A DNA stretch of 61,972 nt, the filler included, from Candidatus Fermentibacterota bacterium (lineage in GTDB: Bacteria; JAFGKV01): the NCBI GenBank assembly GCA_016928395.1. It is 7 parts of 7 records of this genome, joined end to end, with 100 filler letters (N's around TTAATTAATTAA, not from the genome) between each part and the next. Parts side by side here need not be neighbours in the genome. Positions count along the whole stretch, not along the records: positions 41,333 to 47,567 come from JAFGKV010000156.1; positions 47,668 to 51,862 come from JAFGKV010000157.1; positions 51,963 to 61,972 come from JAFGKV010000022.1; 4 more parts are not named here. One strand, given 5' to 3'. The position numbers were made by a program, and so were the translations under genes. The notes under the pieces were generated by a model that had not been told where the DNA came from, searched no databases, and saw only the letters and a list, made by a program, of their open reading frames with translations. Shown one piece after another: positions 42,043 through 52,748 of the stretch (position 1 is its first letter; the number at the start of each line of letters is the position of its first letter).

Positions 42043-43815
42043 TCAATCCCCCACGCGGTTCGGCCTCTCGTCGTTGGCCCTGGTATCGAAACGTGCTCGG
42101 GCGAATCCTGTGAACAGGTGGCGGGCATTCAGGCCGATGCCCCGGGTTCTATACCCCCCTTCCTGCACGAAAAGGGTGGGCAGCCTCAGGGAGCCGATGC
42201 GGGCGCCCACTGTGCCAAAGTCCTTGCTGGTCAAAGCCCACGTTCCGGTGGGGTCACCTTTGGCGGTATCGAAGCCCACGCAGACCACCAGGAATGTCGG
42301 TGAGAATCTGCGGATCTGCGCAAGCGCGGATTGGAGGGCAACACCATAGCGAGCGCCATCCACCTGCTCGGGGAGAGGCAGATTGATGTTGAATCCTTTG
42401 CCTGCTCCTTCGCCTCGTTCCTCCACGAAACCGCTGAAATACGGGTATGCCACACGGGGCCGTGCATGAATCGAAACCGTAAGCACGTCGCGCCGCTCAT
42501 AGAAGATCATCTGCTGGCCGTTCCCATGATGGTAGTCGATGTCGAGCATGGCCACGGTGCCGAACCAGCTCAGATGCTGCGCGGCGATAGCCGCATTGTT
42601 GAAGTAGCAGAAGCCTCCAAAAGCCATCCGTTCCGCGTGATGCCCCGGCGGTCGAACCAGCGCATATGCGGCTGGCGTTCCGGCCAACAGCGACTCTGCG
42701 CCGGTCAACGCACAGTCTACTGCTCTCCTGGCAGCCTGGTAGGCATGCTGATTCAGCGGTGTGAAGGTGTCGATGCAGTAGTAGCCGGCTCGAACGGCCA
42801 GTTCCACGGGAGGCCGCGCACGGTTGCGAAGAGGGAACACGTAGGGATAAACGGATTTGCCTTCAGGCATGGCCCGGCATACCCGTTTGAAATAGCGAAC
42901 GTACCCGGCGTCATGAACTGCGGTCAGGTACCTGTCAGCGAAGGCCTTGGGCGGCATCGGCCTGAACAGCCCGGTCGGTGTGAGCGCATCCAGGATCGAT
43001 TGCATCCTGACGGGAGACTCCACATATCCGCGTTCCTTGATGTGGTGGATTCTGTGGCGGTCAGTCACTACCAGCGCGATACGGGCTGAGGCCGCGGCAC
43101 ATACCATTGTCTCGGTTGGCACACGCCGGTACCGCGGCTTTCTGAGCTGCACAGGATCGTCACGGAACGAATCCACCACCATTCTCACGTAGGTCGGTGA
43201 GCAGACGCCTCTGTACTTCCTGCGGAGGACGCTGGCGACCACGTGGCGTGCGTACTCCCGCGGAAGGGGCTTTCCTGAGCCCAGATCATCGAACACCAAA
43301 TACGGTGGGCAGTCGTCGTTGGGGCCGACAGGTGTCTCATACGCCGTGTTGATGATCGGTCGCGCCCCGAATCTCTCGTAGAAACGAAGTCGAGCCCGGT
43401 TCTGTTCGATCTGGGCTGCATCGGCACACTCAGCGCTTTCATCGGGAAGACACTCGAAGAAGATTCCGCAGGCCCCAAGGATGATGGCCTCCTCCCTCAC
43501 GCGCTCATACAAAGCACCGCCGATCCCCCGGCCGGCGCCCAGCGGGTGCGCCGCGAGGTAGTCCAGGAAACAGAACCCCAGATTGGGTTCATGGGAGAGC
43601 AACGCGAAGCCGCTCAACGTGTTCCGGCGGTCCTCAGCCACGTAGACGATAGCCCGAAACTGGTGCTTGAGCGGGTTACGGAGGAGGTCGGGGATAGGGG
43701 GGATCTTCTCCTCCGTGAGCAGATGGAACTGCTCCGCAAGGATCTGGCGGACCTGGTCCAACGCAGACCGGTTCGCAGGATGCACATCATCATAGATCTT
43801 CCTGATGAGGAACAT
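42043..43815 (-). CDS. GNAT acetyltransferase fused to a histone-deacetylase / acetylpolyamine amidohydrolase domain
   Basis: LDYLA..GRGIGGALY and RLRFYERFG; RPPGHHA, GFCYFNN, DIDYHHGNG, GFD, QEGGY. Confidence 0.88.
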   Translation of the reverse strand: MFLIRKIYDDVHPANRSALDQVRQILAEQFHLLTEEKIPPIPDLLRNPLKHQFRAIVYVAEDRRNTLSGFALLSHEPNLGFCFLDYLAAHPLGAGRGIGGALYERVREEAIILGACGIFFECLPDESAECADAAQIEQNRARLRFYERFGARPIINTAYETPVGPNDDCPPYLVFDDLGSGKPLPREYARHVVASVLRRKYRGVCSPTYVRMVVDSFRDDPVQLRKPRYRRVPTETMVCAAASARIALVVTDRHRIHHIKERGYVESPVRMQSILDALTPTGLFRPMPPKAFADRYLTAVHDAGYVRYFKRVCRAMPEGKSVYPYVFPLRNRARPPVELAVRAGYYCIDTFTPLNQHAYQAARRAVDCALTGAESLLAGTPAAYALVRPPGHHAERMAFGGFCYFNNAAIAAQHLSWFGTVAMLDIDYHHGNGQQMIFYERRDVLTVSIHARPRVAYPYFSGFVEERGEGAGKGFNINLPLPEQVDGARYGVALQSALAQIRRFSPTFLVVCVGFDTAKGDPTGTWALTSKDFGTVGARIGSLRLPTLFVQEGGYRTRGIGLNARHLFTGFARARFDTRANDERPNRVGD

Positions 43816-44206
43816 GGCAGTTGGCGCCTTTCTGACCAGCATCGGGGTCGGAGTACTAGACCCGTGAGTGGCAGGATCTGCGTGGTGGTGAATTGCGACG
43901 GGCGAGGGATCTCACCACAGACGACAAGTCACAGCGGCGTGACTCAGGGGTCAAGAGGCTTCTCGCGGTATGCTATGGCCGTGACTGATCGCGGAGTGCA
44001 AGCTTCTGAGAGATCTTGTGGCTCACCAAGGCACACCATTGGCAGCGAGCAACTCAGGGGTACTGCATGTTGACACCGGGGGTCGAATGGCCGGGCGCGG
44101 TTCTTGGGGTGTCGGATTCGGCGGGTGGTGGTGTTTCTTTGAGTGAATGGCGCACCTCTGCGCCACGGGTATGCAGAGTCTTGCATTCATTCCCAGGAGC
44201 ACGTCC

Positions 44207-46102
44207 ATGACATCTCACATCATTGTGGTCTTGACTCTTCTCTCCTCCGGCGTCCGGGACATGGTCACTGATGCAGGAAGGGCATATGTGGCGGGCACCC
44301 GACCGCCTGCGGTGCAGTCTGCGCAGACCGCGGCCGGGCCGAAGCTAAGCCTGCGTCATCTCAGGCCACCCTGTCCGCCCACGCCGGCCGATGGCCGGGA
44401 TATCCTCATAGTCGGCGACACACCCGCCGAGACCCTGACGATCACCGGGCAGTGGACCCACGAGGGGGACATTCTCGTCATCAATGATGGCGTCGTGGAG
44501 GTCGTCGACGCTGAGTTCCTATTGCACGGCAATCTCTGGGCCGTGGATCAGGCCGCGGTTTCCGTGACGAACTCCTCCCTGACGCTCCAGCAACGCTACC
44601 TCTACCAGTACGCGATCTTTGTGGGAGGTGCGGCACGTTTCGCCATGGGGGGCAGCACGGTGGCCGCGAACCGATATCCCTACGGCTTTGCCGTGATGGA
44701 CTCCTCGGTGGTGCGTATCGACTCGGTTCACTACGACGACTTCACGACCTATAGCCTCTTCGGCGCACCGACCGTCGACATCCGCCACGTGAACCTGGCG
44801 GGCGAATTTGTGGTGATGGACAGCTCCCGCTGCGCCTTTGCCGATGTAGACACGGCGCTGATCTGGTGCAGCATGATGGACGGAGCGGTGATCGACTATG
44901 CATTCCCTCCCGAAGGCCCCGTGTACGGGTGGGCATTTGACTGCTCGCAGCCCGGCGTCTCTGGAATTCACTACGCGGTGGTGTGCGATTCGGTCTACCA
45001 TCCGTGGTGGGGCATGTTCTCCGGCGCGGGTTCCGACGTGACGATCAGGGATTCCAACATCCGAAGCTGCGGCATCTTCTTCGAGGGCGCCGCAGCGGAT
45101 ACGCTCTCCGGTCTCGTCGATGGAATGTCGTACAACGACGCGACCCTTCCCTTGGCAGATCGCACACTACGGTTCGTGAATACCGAGGTGACGACCATCT
45201 CGCTCTATCCCTGGGATTTTGCGCAGGTTCATTTCTCCAGTTGCATTCTGGGTGAGGTCCTCAGCATGGATGGATCCCTGGCGTTCGGCATGCAGTATTA
45301 CCTGGATGGAACAGGGGGTCATCTCGAGGCCAGCGGTCAGGCCGGCAACGTCGCGGCCCTGGCCATGCTGACCGCCGACGTCCTGGCCAGGGATCAGGGA
45401 TTCGTGGTGCTGGCTTCCTGCGCGCAGCTCTGGGGTCAGAACTGGGCCGAGGATCAGTCGAAGCTCTTCATGGTGCAGACGGCGACTGCGTCGCTGCCAA
45501 TGGCCTTCGATGGGGCCGTGGTGGGGTATGAGATGGTGACGGATCCTTCCGTGGCGCCGGTCAACGGCCAGGTGCCGATCATGGGCTCGGTATGGGTCGA
45601 TTGCGGGCCGGACGCGACGGTCGATCTCGCGGGCTACTCGGTGTTTTACGAGCCAGTTGAGGGAACCCGCATACGCATCGGAGGCGGTACGGCTGAGGTC
45701 CGCAGCGACACCTTGGCTGTGTGGAACACCACCGGGCTGGCGCCGGGCACCCACGTCATCGTCGTGGAGTTTTGCGACACGCAGGGCGATACCTTGGAGG
45801 GATTCAGCCTCATACGACTGGAGGAACCGGCAGGTGTCGAGGAGGCGGCAGCGCCTTCCGTCATGTTGGATATCGGGCGGTCCGCCCATGGCGTTCGAAT
45901 GGTGGTGACCACGCCGCAGTCCGATCAGGTCAGGCTTTCCGTCCACGACCTCGCCGGACGTGTGGTGAGGGTGCCTCTGTGCGGGCCCGTGGCAGCGGGG
46001 ACGGTGGAGGTCTGCTTCGAGCATGTTGCCAGCGGGGTCTACGTCGCACGGCTCACATCTGGCCAAGGAGAGGTGATCATGGCGTTTACGATAGTACGCT
46101 GA
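44207..46102 (+). CDS. Secreted beta-rich (beta-helix-like) protein with T9SS-like CTD
   Basis: AGGAG RBS; hydrophobic N-terminus; C-terminal LSVHDLAGRVV..SGVYVARL. Confidence 0.7.
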   Translation: MTSHIIVVLTLLSSGVRDMVTDAGRAYVAGTRPPAVQSAQTAAGPKLSLRHLRPPCPPTPADGRDILIVGDTPAETLTITGQWTHEGDILVINDGVVEVVDAEFLLHGNLWAVDQAAVSVTNSSLTLQQRYLYQYAIFVGGAARFAMGGSTVAANRYPYGFAVMDSSVVRIDSVHYDDFTTYSLFGAPTVDIRHVNLAGEFVVMDSSRCAFADVDTALIWCSMMDGAVIDYAFPPEGPVYGWAFDCSQPGVSGIHYAVVCDSVYHPWWGMFSGAGSDVTIRDSNIRSCGIFFEGAAADTLSGLVDGMSYNDATLPLADRTLRFVNTEVTTISLYPWDFAQVHFSSCILGEVLSMDGSLAFGMQYYLDGTGGHLEASGQAGNVAALAMLTADVLARDQGFVVLASCAQLWGQNWAEDQSKLFMVQTATASLPMAFDGAVVGYEMVTDPSVAPVNGQVPIMGSVWVDCGPDATVDLAGYSVFYEPVEGTRIRIGGGTAEVRSDTLAVWNTTGLAPGTHVIVVEFCDTQGDTLEGFSLIRLEEPAGVEEAAAPSVMLDIGRSAHGVRMVVTTPQSDQVRLSVHDLAGRVVRVPLCGPVAAGTVEVCFEHVASGVYVARLTSGQGEVIMAFTIVR

Positions 46103-46689
46103 GCGGCACCTCCGGTGCCGGCCCGCTCCCACAAGGCAAAGAGCATGGATTTATTCTCGCCGGTAGAGCCCGTGTGTGAGCGGGCGGGGTCGAGTCTGCC
46201 GCGTTGAGTATTCGAAAGCTCATGTTCACGGGCTGCAAGCCAGGCACGCCCTATGCGTTAACATCATCCATGTATGCGTGCCCGGGGTGACGCGTGGGCC
46301 TTCCCAGATACAGCCAAGCCCTCCTGCTCAAAGCCGTTGTTGCGATAGGTGACGTTTCTGAGGTCCCATCCGGGGCCGGGAAGCCCTTGGCGTGCTGCGC
46401 AGCGCCGTCTGATTTCAGAGGATGGAAACGATGACGTGATTCGATTCGTTGCGACGGATGCGGCGGCCTTTGAGACACTGGATGGCTCTCTGCGCCGGGA
46501 TGAATTCCTGTGCGTTGGTGGCCCAGGTCGAGCAGCATGGAGATCGCCTAGGTGAGTGTTTCGATCCACCCGGGGTATGGATTGGCCCCGGGCTCTCATT
46601 GATAAACCCTGACCGGCATGCCGTGTCCAACGGGTGAATTGTTGCCTGGGCATCTGCTCAGGATGCAGCACGTGTCGAAGGAGGCATGC

Positions 46690-47145
46690 ATGAGACGCGC
46701 ATGTTCGGTCGCCCTTTTCATCGTCGCCGTGGCGACGCCCCTCACGGCTTCGGCCCAGCCACGGATGGAACCTCCGCTGGAGCATTGGCGGGAAGAGCTC
46801 GGGCTCACTGATGAGCAAATCGTCAAGATCGGCGATATCCAGTATGCTTCGCGCGTTGATGAAATCGGTCGCCGCGCCGAACTGGAACGGGCCGAGTTGG
46901 AGTTGGAGCGGGAGATGCGAAAGGCCATGCCCGAGGAGTCAACGGCGCTGCGGCTGTTCGATGCCGCGCACAAGGCTCGGGGCGAACTGGAGCGCATCCA
47001 CCTTCGTACCCGGCTGAGAGTCAGAGCTATCCTCACCCCCGAGCAGGATCGGGAGCTTCATACGCTGGCGGGGAAGGCAGGCACGCCGCGCAAGGACGAC
47101 ATGGAGGGAAGACCTCCGCGACCATCCAGTCGCACTCGGCGGTAA
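46690..47145 (+). CDS. Spy/CpxP-family periplasmic chaperone
   Basis: Signal peptide; LGLTDEQ and ILTPEQ motifs; GGAGG RBS. Confidence 0.82.
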   Translation: MRRACSVALFIVAVATPLTASAQPRMEPPLEHWREELGLTDEQIVKIGDIQYASRVDEIGRRAELERAELELEREMRKAMPEESTALRLFDAAHKARGELERIHLRTRLRVRAILTPEQDRELHTLAGKAGTPRKDDMEGRPPRPSSRTRR

Positions 47146-47224
47146 GGACCACGCCGGAGGGTACGGGCCAGAGCCCTGTGGCCTCACCTGTAACTTCACG
47201 CTCCTGGGGTATGCTCAGGGTCAA

Positions 47225-47496
47225 TGACAAAGCCGCAAAGCACGCAAAGGGGCAAGGGATTCGCGCAGAGGCGCGGAGGGGGGAGAAGACAGTCTCACGC
47301 AAAGCCGCAAAGAACGCAAAGGAAGGCGACAGGTTCACCACAAAGGCACGAAGGGCTCAAAGGGGAACAAGTGGCGAAGGGCGCACGCAAAGACGCCTCG
47401 ATAGGTGAGGAGATAGGAGTGAGGAGATGTGCGGCAGGCGGCAGTAAGCAGTCAGCGGCCATGAACTGAGAACTGACGACTAAGCTGTAACTTCAC
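47225..47496 (+). repeat. Purine-rich ~9-nt repeat cluster and heptamer remnants
   Basis: gccgcaaagcacgcaaag, cgcagaggcgcggag, cacaaaggcacgaag, aactgagaactgacgact. Confidence 0.6.
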
Positions 47497-47567
47497 CGGC
47501 GAGCTCTGCGTTCCTACGCAGCGCATGAGAACCAGCCGGAGGAATGAGGAGCCCGAATGTCATCACC

Positions 47568-47667
47568 NNNNNNNNNNNNNNNNNNNNNNNNNNNNNNNNN
47601 NNNNNNNNNNNTTAATTAATTAANNNNNNNNNNNNNNNNNNNNNNNNNNNNNNNNNNNNNNNNNNNN
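47568..47667. other. Artificial contig linker
   Basis: N-TTAATTAATTAA-N. Confidence 0.99.
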
Positions 47668-47985
47668 GCAGCCACGTTCGCGCTTGACAGCGCTCCTACA
47701 TTGTCTGTGCACCGCATCGCGAGGGTAGGAGCGGCGTACGCCGCGAATGCAGCCCACCGTTCGCGCTTCACAGCGCTCCTACATCGTCTGTGCACCGCAT
47801 CGCGAGGGTAGGAGCGGCGAAAGCCGCGAATGCAGCCCACCGTTCGCGCTTCACAGCGCTCCTACATCGTCTGTGCACCGCATCGCGAGGGTAGGAGCGG
47901 CGTACGCCGCGAACACTGCCCTCCGTTCGCGCTTCACAGCGCTCCTACATTGCCTGTGCACCACATCTCCAAGGGTAGGAGCCCC
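47668..47985. repeat. 83-nt tandem repeat of inverted GTAG-type REP pairs (BIME/REPIN-like), about 3.7 units
   Basis: ttcgcgctt at 47677, 47760, 47843 and 47926; cagcgctcctac and gtaggagcggc. Confidence 0.9.
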
Positions 47986-48011
47986 GCACCTCCAGATGCG
48001 GGGGGCCGGGT

Positions 48012-49012
48012 TCAGCGAGGCGACCGGGGCAGGCGTGAACTCCTGAGCAGCAGGAACAGAAAGAACGGGCCCCCTATGCCCGCGGTGATGATCCCCACGG
48101 GCAACTCGGCAGGGGCCAGCACCGAGCGGGCCACGGCGTCACAACAGACGAGGAACACCGCGCCTCCGAGAAAACAGGATGGAAGAAGAATCCCGTGGGA
48201 AAACCCGACGATCCTCCGCAGGGTATGGGGCACAATGAGGCCCACAAAGGCGATGGGACCCGCCACTGACACGACGGCCGCCGTGCCGATGGTCCCCGCC
48301 ATGTAGACCAGCCTTTGTAGCGCCGGCACGGAAACACCGCGCCCGGCCGCCAGATCCTGGCCGAACGCCACTTGGTCCAGCTCCCGATGGCAGGCGAGCA
48401 GCATGGCCACTCCTGCACCGGCGTACGGCAAGATGCCGCTGAGCTGCCGGAAACCGATCTGCTCCAACCCTCCCATGAGCCATCGATCCATGAGCACCAC
48501 TTGGTGGGGAGACGCCAAGTAGCGCACCAGCAATACCATGGCCGAGCAAAAGAACCCGATGGTCACTCCGGCCAGAATGAGATCCTCGCTGCGAAGCCCG
48601 CTGCGCCGGACCGCCAGCAGGTACACAGCAACGGCGGTAATCAGGGCGCCCAGAAGCGCCGGCGGCGCCGGGCCTGCCACGCCCACGATGTGCGGTACCC
48701 ACAACGCCAGCACCGCGCCCAGCGCGCTACCGCCCGAGAGCCCCAGCGTGTAGGGAGTCGCCAGGGGATTACCCAAGAGCCCCTGGAACGCCGCGCCGGC
48801 CACCGCCAGACAACCGCCTGCGACGAATCCGAGAATGATTCTAGGAAGCCGTTGATGTACCACGATTTGCCAGGCCAGACTCCCGTACTCCCGGGCGCGG
48901 AGGGCCTCCACCAGTTCCACCGGGCGGATGCGCACCGGGCCCACAAACAGCGACCCTGCCGAAACCATTAGCGCCACCAACCCCAGAATCGCCATGGACC
49001 GCGCGCCGGATC

Positions 49013-49016
<4 letters not shown>
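48012..49016 (-). CDS. FecCD/BtuC-type ABC permease
   Basis: RLPRI, QGLLGNPLATP, AAGRGV, GPIAFVGLIVPH, ELPVGIIT. Confidence 0.93.
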
Positions 49017-49812
<796 letters not shown>

Positions 49813-49816
<4 letters not shown>

Positions 49817-50739
49817 TCGTCGCCCGCCAGTGCGTCCACTACCTGCCGTGCCACCAGCGAGATTCGAGGCCCAGGGTAGAGTACGTAATCTCCGGTGATG
49901 ACCACCACCACAGGCCCCGGCGTACCGAAGAGGTGCTCCCATACAGACACGCCGCCCGACACGGATCCAACCCCACGAGGCATGATGTCGAGGATGGCCC
50001 GCGGCGCCCGGCGCACTACTTCCTCCGCCGATACCTCATGATAGCTGGTGGGCAGATCACCAAAGACATTGTCACCACCCGCCAGCGTGACCAATTCGTG
50101 GAGAAACGAACCGGGCCCAACAGTCCACAGCCGCGAGGTGCCACCCAGTTGCCGCCCCACACAGATGAACACCGGTCTCGGGGATCGCCGACATGCCTCT
50201 TCCTCGATGAGGGCAAGGTCCAGGCCGATCCTGTGCGTCAGAACCCTCGCCGATGCCCGGCGCTTCAGCAACCATCCGACCTCTTCGATGGCGCGGTAGA
50301 TCTCCTCGATGGTCTCAATCTCCAGAACCGCAAGATGAGCGCCCATTCGGTCGCAAAGATCTCGCAGGTGGGGAACATCGCCTTGCGCCAGCACCAGGTC
50401 GGGCCGTAGCGCACGGATCACTTCCAGATTGGGATCAACGATGCCGCCGACGACTGGAAGGTGGAACACCTCAGGAGGGAAGGTGACGAAGCTTCCTCTA
50501 CCGACCAAAGTCTCTCCCGCCCCAATGGCGCATACGATCTCCGTCAATGCGGGCGTGAAGGTGATCACGCGCGAGAAGCGTGCCTGGGCGCCGCCACCCT
50601 CGGCAACGGGTGCTCGCCCGGTCGCGCCGGGACCATCCAGCGACGAGAGGCCGACGCCTGCGACCCATGCTGCCAAGGCTCCCGTGAGCCCCGCACCCAT
50701 CACCATGCAGATCCATCGTTGACCCTTGCACCCTGTCAT
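49813..50739 (-). CDS. BtuF-like helical-backbone metal/cobalamin-binding protein
   Basis: RVITFTPALTEIV, PNLEVIRALRPDLV, LAGGDNVF, PGPRI. Confidence 0.88.
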
Positions 50740-50761
50740 CGTGCCCTGCTATGTAGAGGGA

Positions 50762-51715
50762 ATGTCACCATCTCCACCTACCCATCCGCCCGATGCGGAA
50801 AGCAGTATGCTCCTCGCCCACTGCGTGCTGTGCCCACATCTATGCGGCGTCGACCGTCTCGCCGGCATGAAAGGCCGCTGCCGCGCCGGATCGACCGCCA
50901 CAGTGTTCCGGTTCGGGCCACACTTCGGCGAGGAGCCGCCAATCTCCGGCCATCGAGGTTCCGGGACAATCTTCTTCTCCTCCTGCCCTCTGCGATGCGT
51001 GTATTGCCAGAATCATCTCTGGAGCCAGGTAGATCCTCCGGTTGGGAGAGAGTATTCCGTCGATGACCTGGCGGCAATCTGCTTAGATCTTCAAGGGCAG
51101 GGGTGCCACAACATCAATCTTGTGACGCCGGAGCCATGGATTCCCCATATCGTCGCTGCAGTCCGCCTGGCCAAGGCCCGCGGGTTTTGCCTCCCGGTGG
51201 TCTACAATACGTCGGGGTTCATCACGGAGCAGAGTCTCCGTTTCCTGAGAGACACGGTAGACATCTACCTCACCGACCTCAGATATGCAAACCCGGCAGA
51301 AGCGCGGGAGTTCTCCGGTTCGGCCGGCTACTTCGAGGCGCATCGCCGCGCCGCGCGCCTCATGTGGGAAGTCGCCGGCCCGTTGAAGCTGGGGCCTGAC
51401 GGCACTGCGATCGCGGGAGTCATCATCCGCCATCTGCTGCTTCCAGGGCTTCTCGACGCCACAGCAAGCACCCTGGCCTACATAGCCCACGAGATATCCC
51501 CTGACGTGCCTGTATCGCTCATGGGCCAGTTCGAACCTGTCCACCAGGCACGGCATCATCCGCCCATCGCCGACCACGTGCCTCTGGGCCAGTACATCCA
51601 GGCGATGAGGATAGCCCGGCGGTTGGGCCTGACCAAGGGCTGGCGCCAACGGCCGGGGCCAGTGTCGCCGGGCCTCCTCGGCATTGCCATGCAGCCCACG
51701 GAAACGCGCCTGTGA
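50762..51715 (+). CDS. PflX-like radical SAM protein
   Basis: CVLCPHLCGVDR, HFGEEPPISG, CPLRCVYCQN, NINLVTP, VIIRHLLLP. Confidence 0.9.
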   Translation: MSPSPPTHPPDAESSMLLAHCVLCPHLCGVDRLAGMKGRCRAGSTATVFRFGPHFGEEPPISGHRGSGTIFFSSCPLRCVYCQNHLWSQVDPPVGREYSVDDLAAICLDLQGQGCHNINLVTPEPWIPHIVAAVRLAKARGFCLPVVYNTSGFITEQSLRFLRDTVDIYLTDLRYANPAEAREFSGSAGYFEAHRRAARLMWEVAGPLKLGPDGTAIAGVIIRHLLLPGLLDATASTLAYIAHEISPDVPVSLMGQFEPVHQARHHPPIADHVPLGQYIQAMRIARRLGLTKGWRQRPGPVSPGLLGIAMQPTETRL

Positions 51716-51862
51716 GAGGCTTGGTGAAGAGATGCGGCGCCTGCGTGGGTGATAGGGCTTGTGGGTGGTTCGAACTGACGTGACGGGAGAGGACGCGCGA
51801 GGAGTCCGCAGGGTTCAGGTGGGGGGCTGCACCCCACACGGTCAGCGACGCTCTCGGACCCC

Positions 51863-51962
51863 NNNNNNNNNNNNNNNNNNNNNNNNNNNNNNNNNNNNNN
51901 NNNNNNTTAATTAATTAANNNNNNNNNNNNNNNNNNNNNNNNNNNNNNNNNNNNNNNNNNNN
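51863..51962. other. Artificial contig linker
   Basis: N-TTAATTAATTAA-N. Confidence 0.99.
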
Positions 51963-52721
51963 CTCCTGGCACCCTTGAGCGCCCCTTCCGGGCTCGATCG
52001 ATTGGGCTCCCGGGTATTCCAGAGTTCTGCACCCCTCCTTCCGGAAGCCAAGGCCGTGGCCAGATGGAGCCTGCTACAGGGCGGGTTCACTCGCCTCGCG
52101 GTGCTCTATCCTTCACAAACCTCCGGGCAGAGGGCCATGGAGGCATTCCGCGACCAGGTGCTGGCTTTGGGCGGCGACATCGTCGCGCTGGAGCACTACG
52201 TCCAGGGCCGCGACACCGATTTCCGCAATCAGGTCGTAAACCTGAAGCGCGCGGCACCGCAGGCGATCTTTGTGCCGGGCGAGTCCCGCGAATTGGTGCA
52301 AATCGCCCGACAAATCGCGTTCTATGACCTGCAGTGCACCCTTCTGGGCACCAGCGGGTGGGGCCACCCCGATGTGATCGCTGACGCCGGAAGGCTCGTG
52401 GAAGGAGTCATATTCGCCGACCGTTCCGAGACCGAGAAAGATGAACGCAGGGCGCAGCTTTTCTCCGCGCAGTATTATGACCGGTACGGAAGCGACCCGG
52501 ATCAGTACGCGCAACTCGGATTCGATCTGGCCGCCGCGGTGTGGGATGCCGTGACCACAACTGCCAACTCCCGGGAGCAGCTGTGCAGGAGCCTGGAGCG
52601 CCGTGGCACCTATCAGGGTGTTTCAGGCGTGCTCAACTGGCAGCGTGATGACACGGCTGAAGGTGTGCGCCTCTACACCATACGCGACGGTCTTATCGTC
52701 CCCCTGCACCCGCGGCAATGA
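51963..52721 (+). CDS. LpoA/LppC-like or branched-chain-type periplasmic binding protein, 5' end cut by the gap
   Basis: LAVLYP, TDFRNQV, AIFVP, LLGTSGW, YAQLGFD, GVSG. Confidence 0.75.
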   Translation, partial: LLAPLSAPSGLDRLGSRVFQSSAPLLPEAKAVARWSLLQGGFTRLAVLYPSQTSGQRAMEAFRDQVLALGGDIVALEHYVQGRDTDFRNQVVNLKRAAPQAIFVPGESRELVQIARQIAFYDLQCTLLGTSGWGHPDVIADAGRLVEGVIFADRSETEKDERRAQLFSAQYYDRYGSDPDQYAQLGFDLAAAVWDAVTTTANSREQLCRSLERRGTYQGVSGVLNWQRDDTAEGVRLYTIRDGLIVPLHPRQ

Positions 52722-52748
52722 GCGCACCCAGGGAATCCAAGCCCACTC

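Noticed and set aside
46349-46555. Possible ECF sigma factor remnant upstream of Spy/CpxP (DDVIRFVATDAAAFETL)
   Set aside because: Similarity too short to support without a search
47668-47985. CRISPR array
   Set aside because: The intervening sequences are near-identical rather than unique, the repeats are inverted REP pairs, and no cas genes are present
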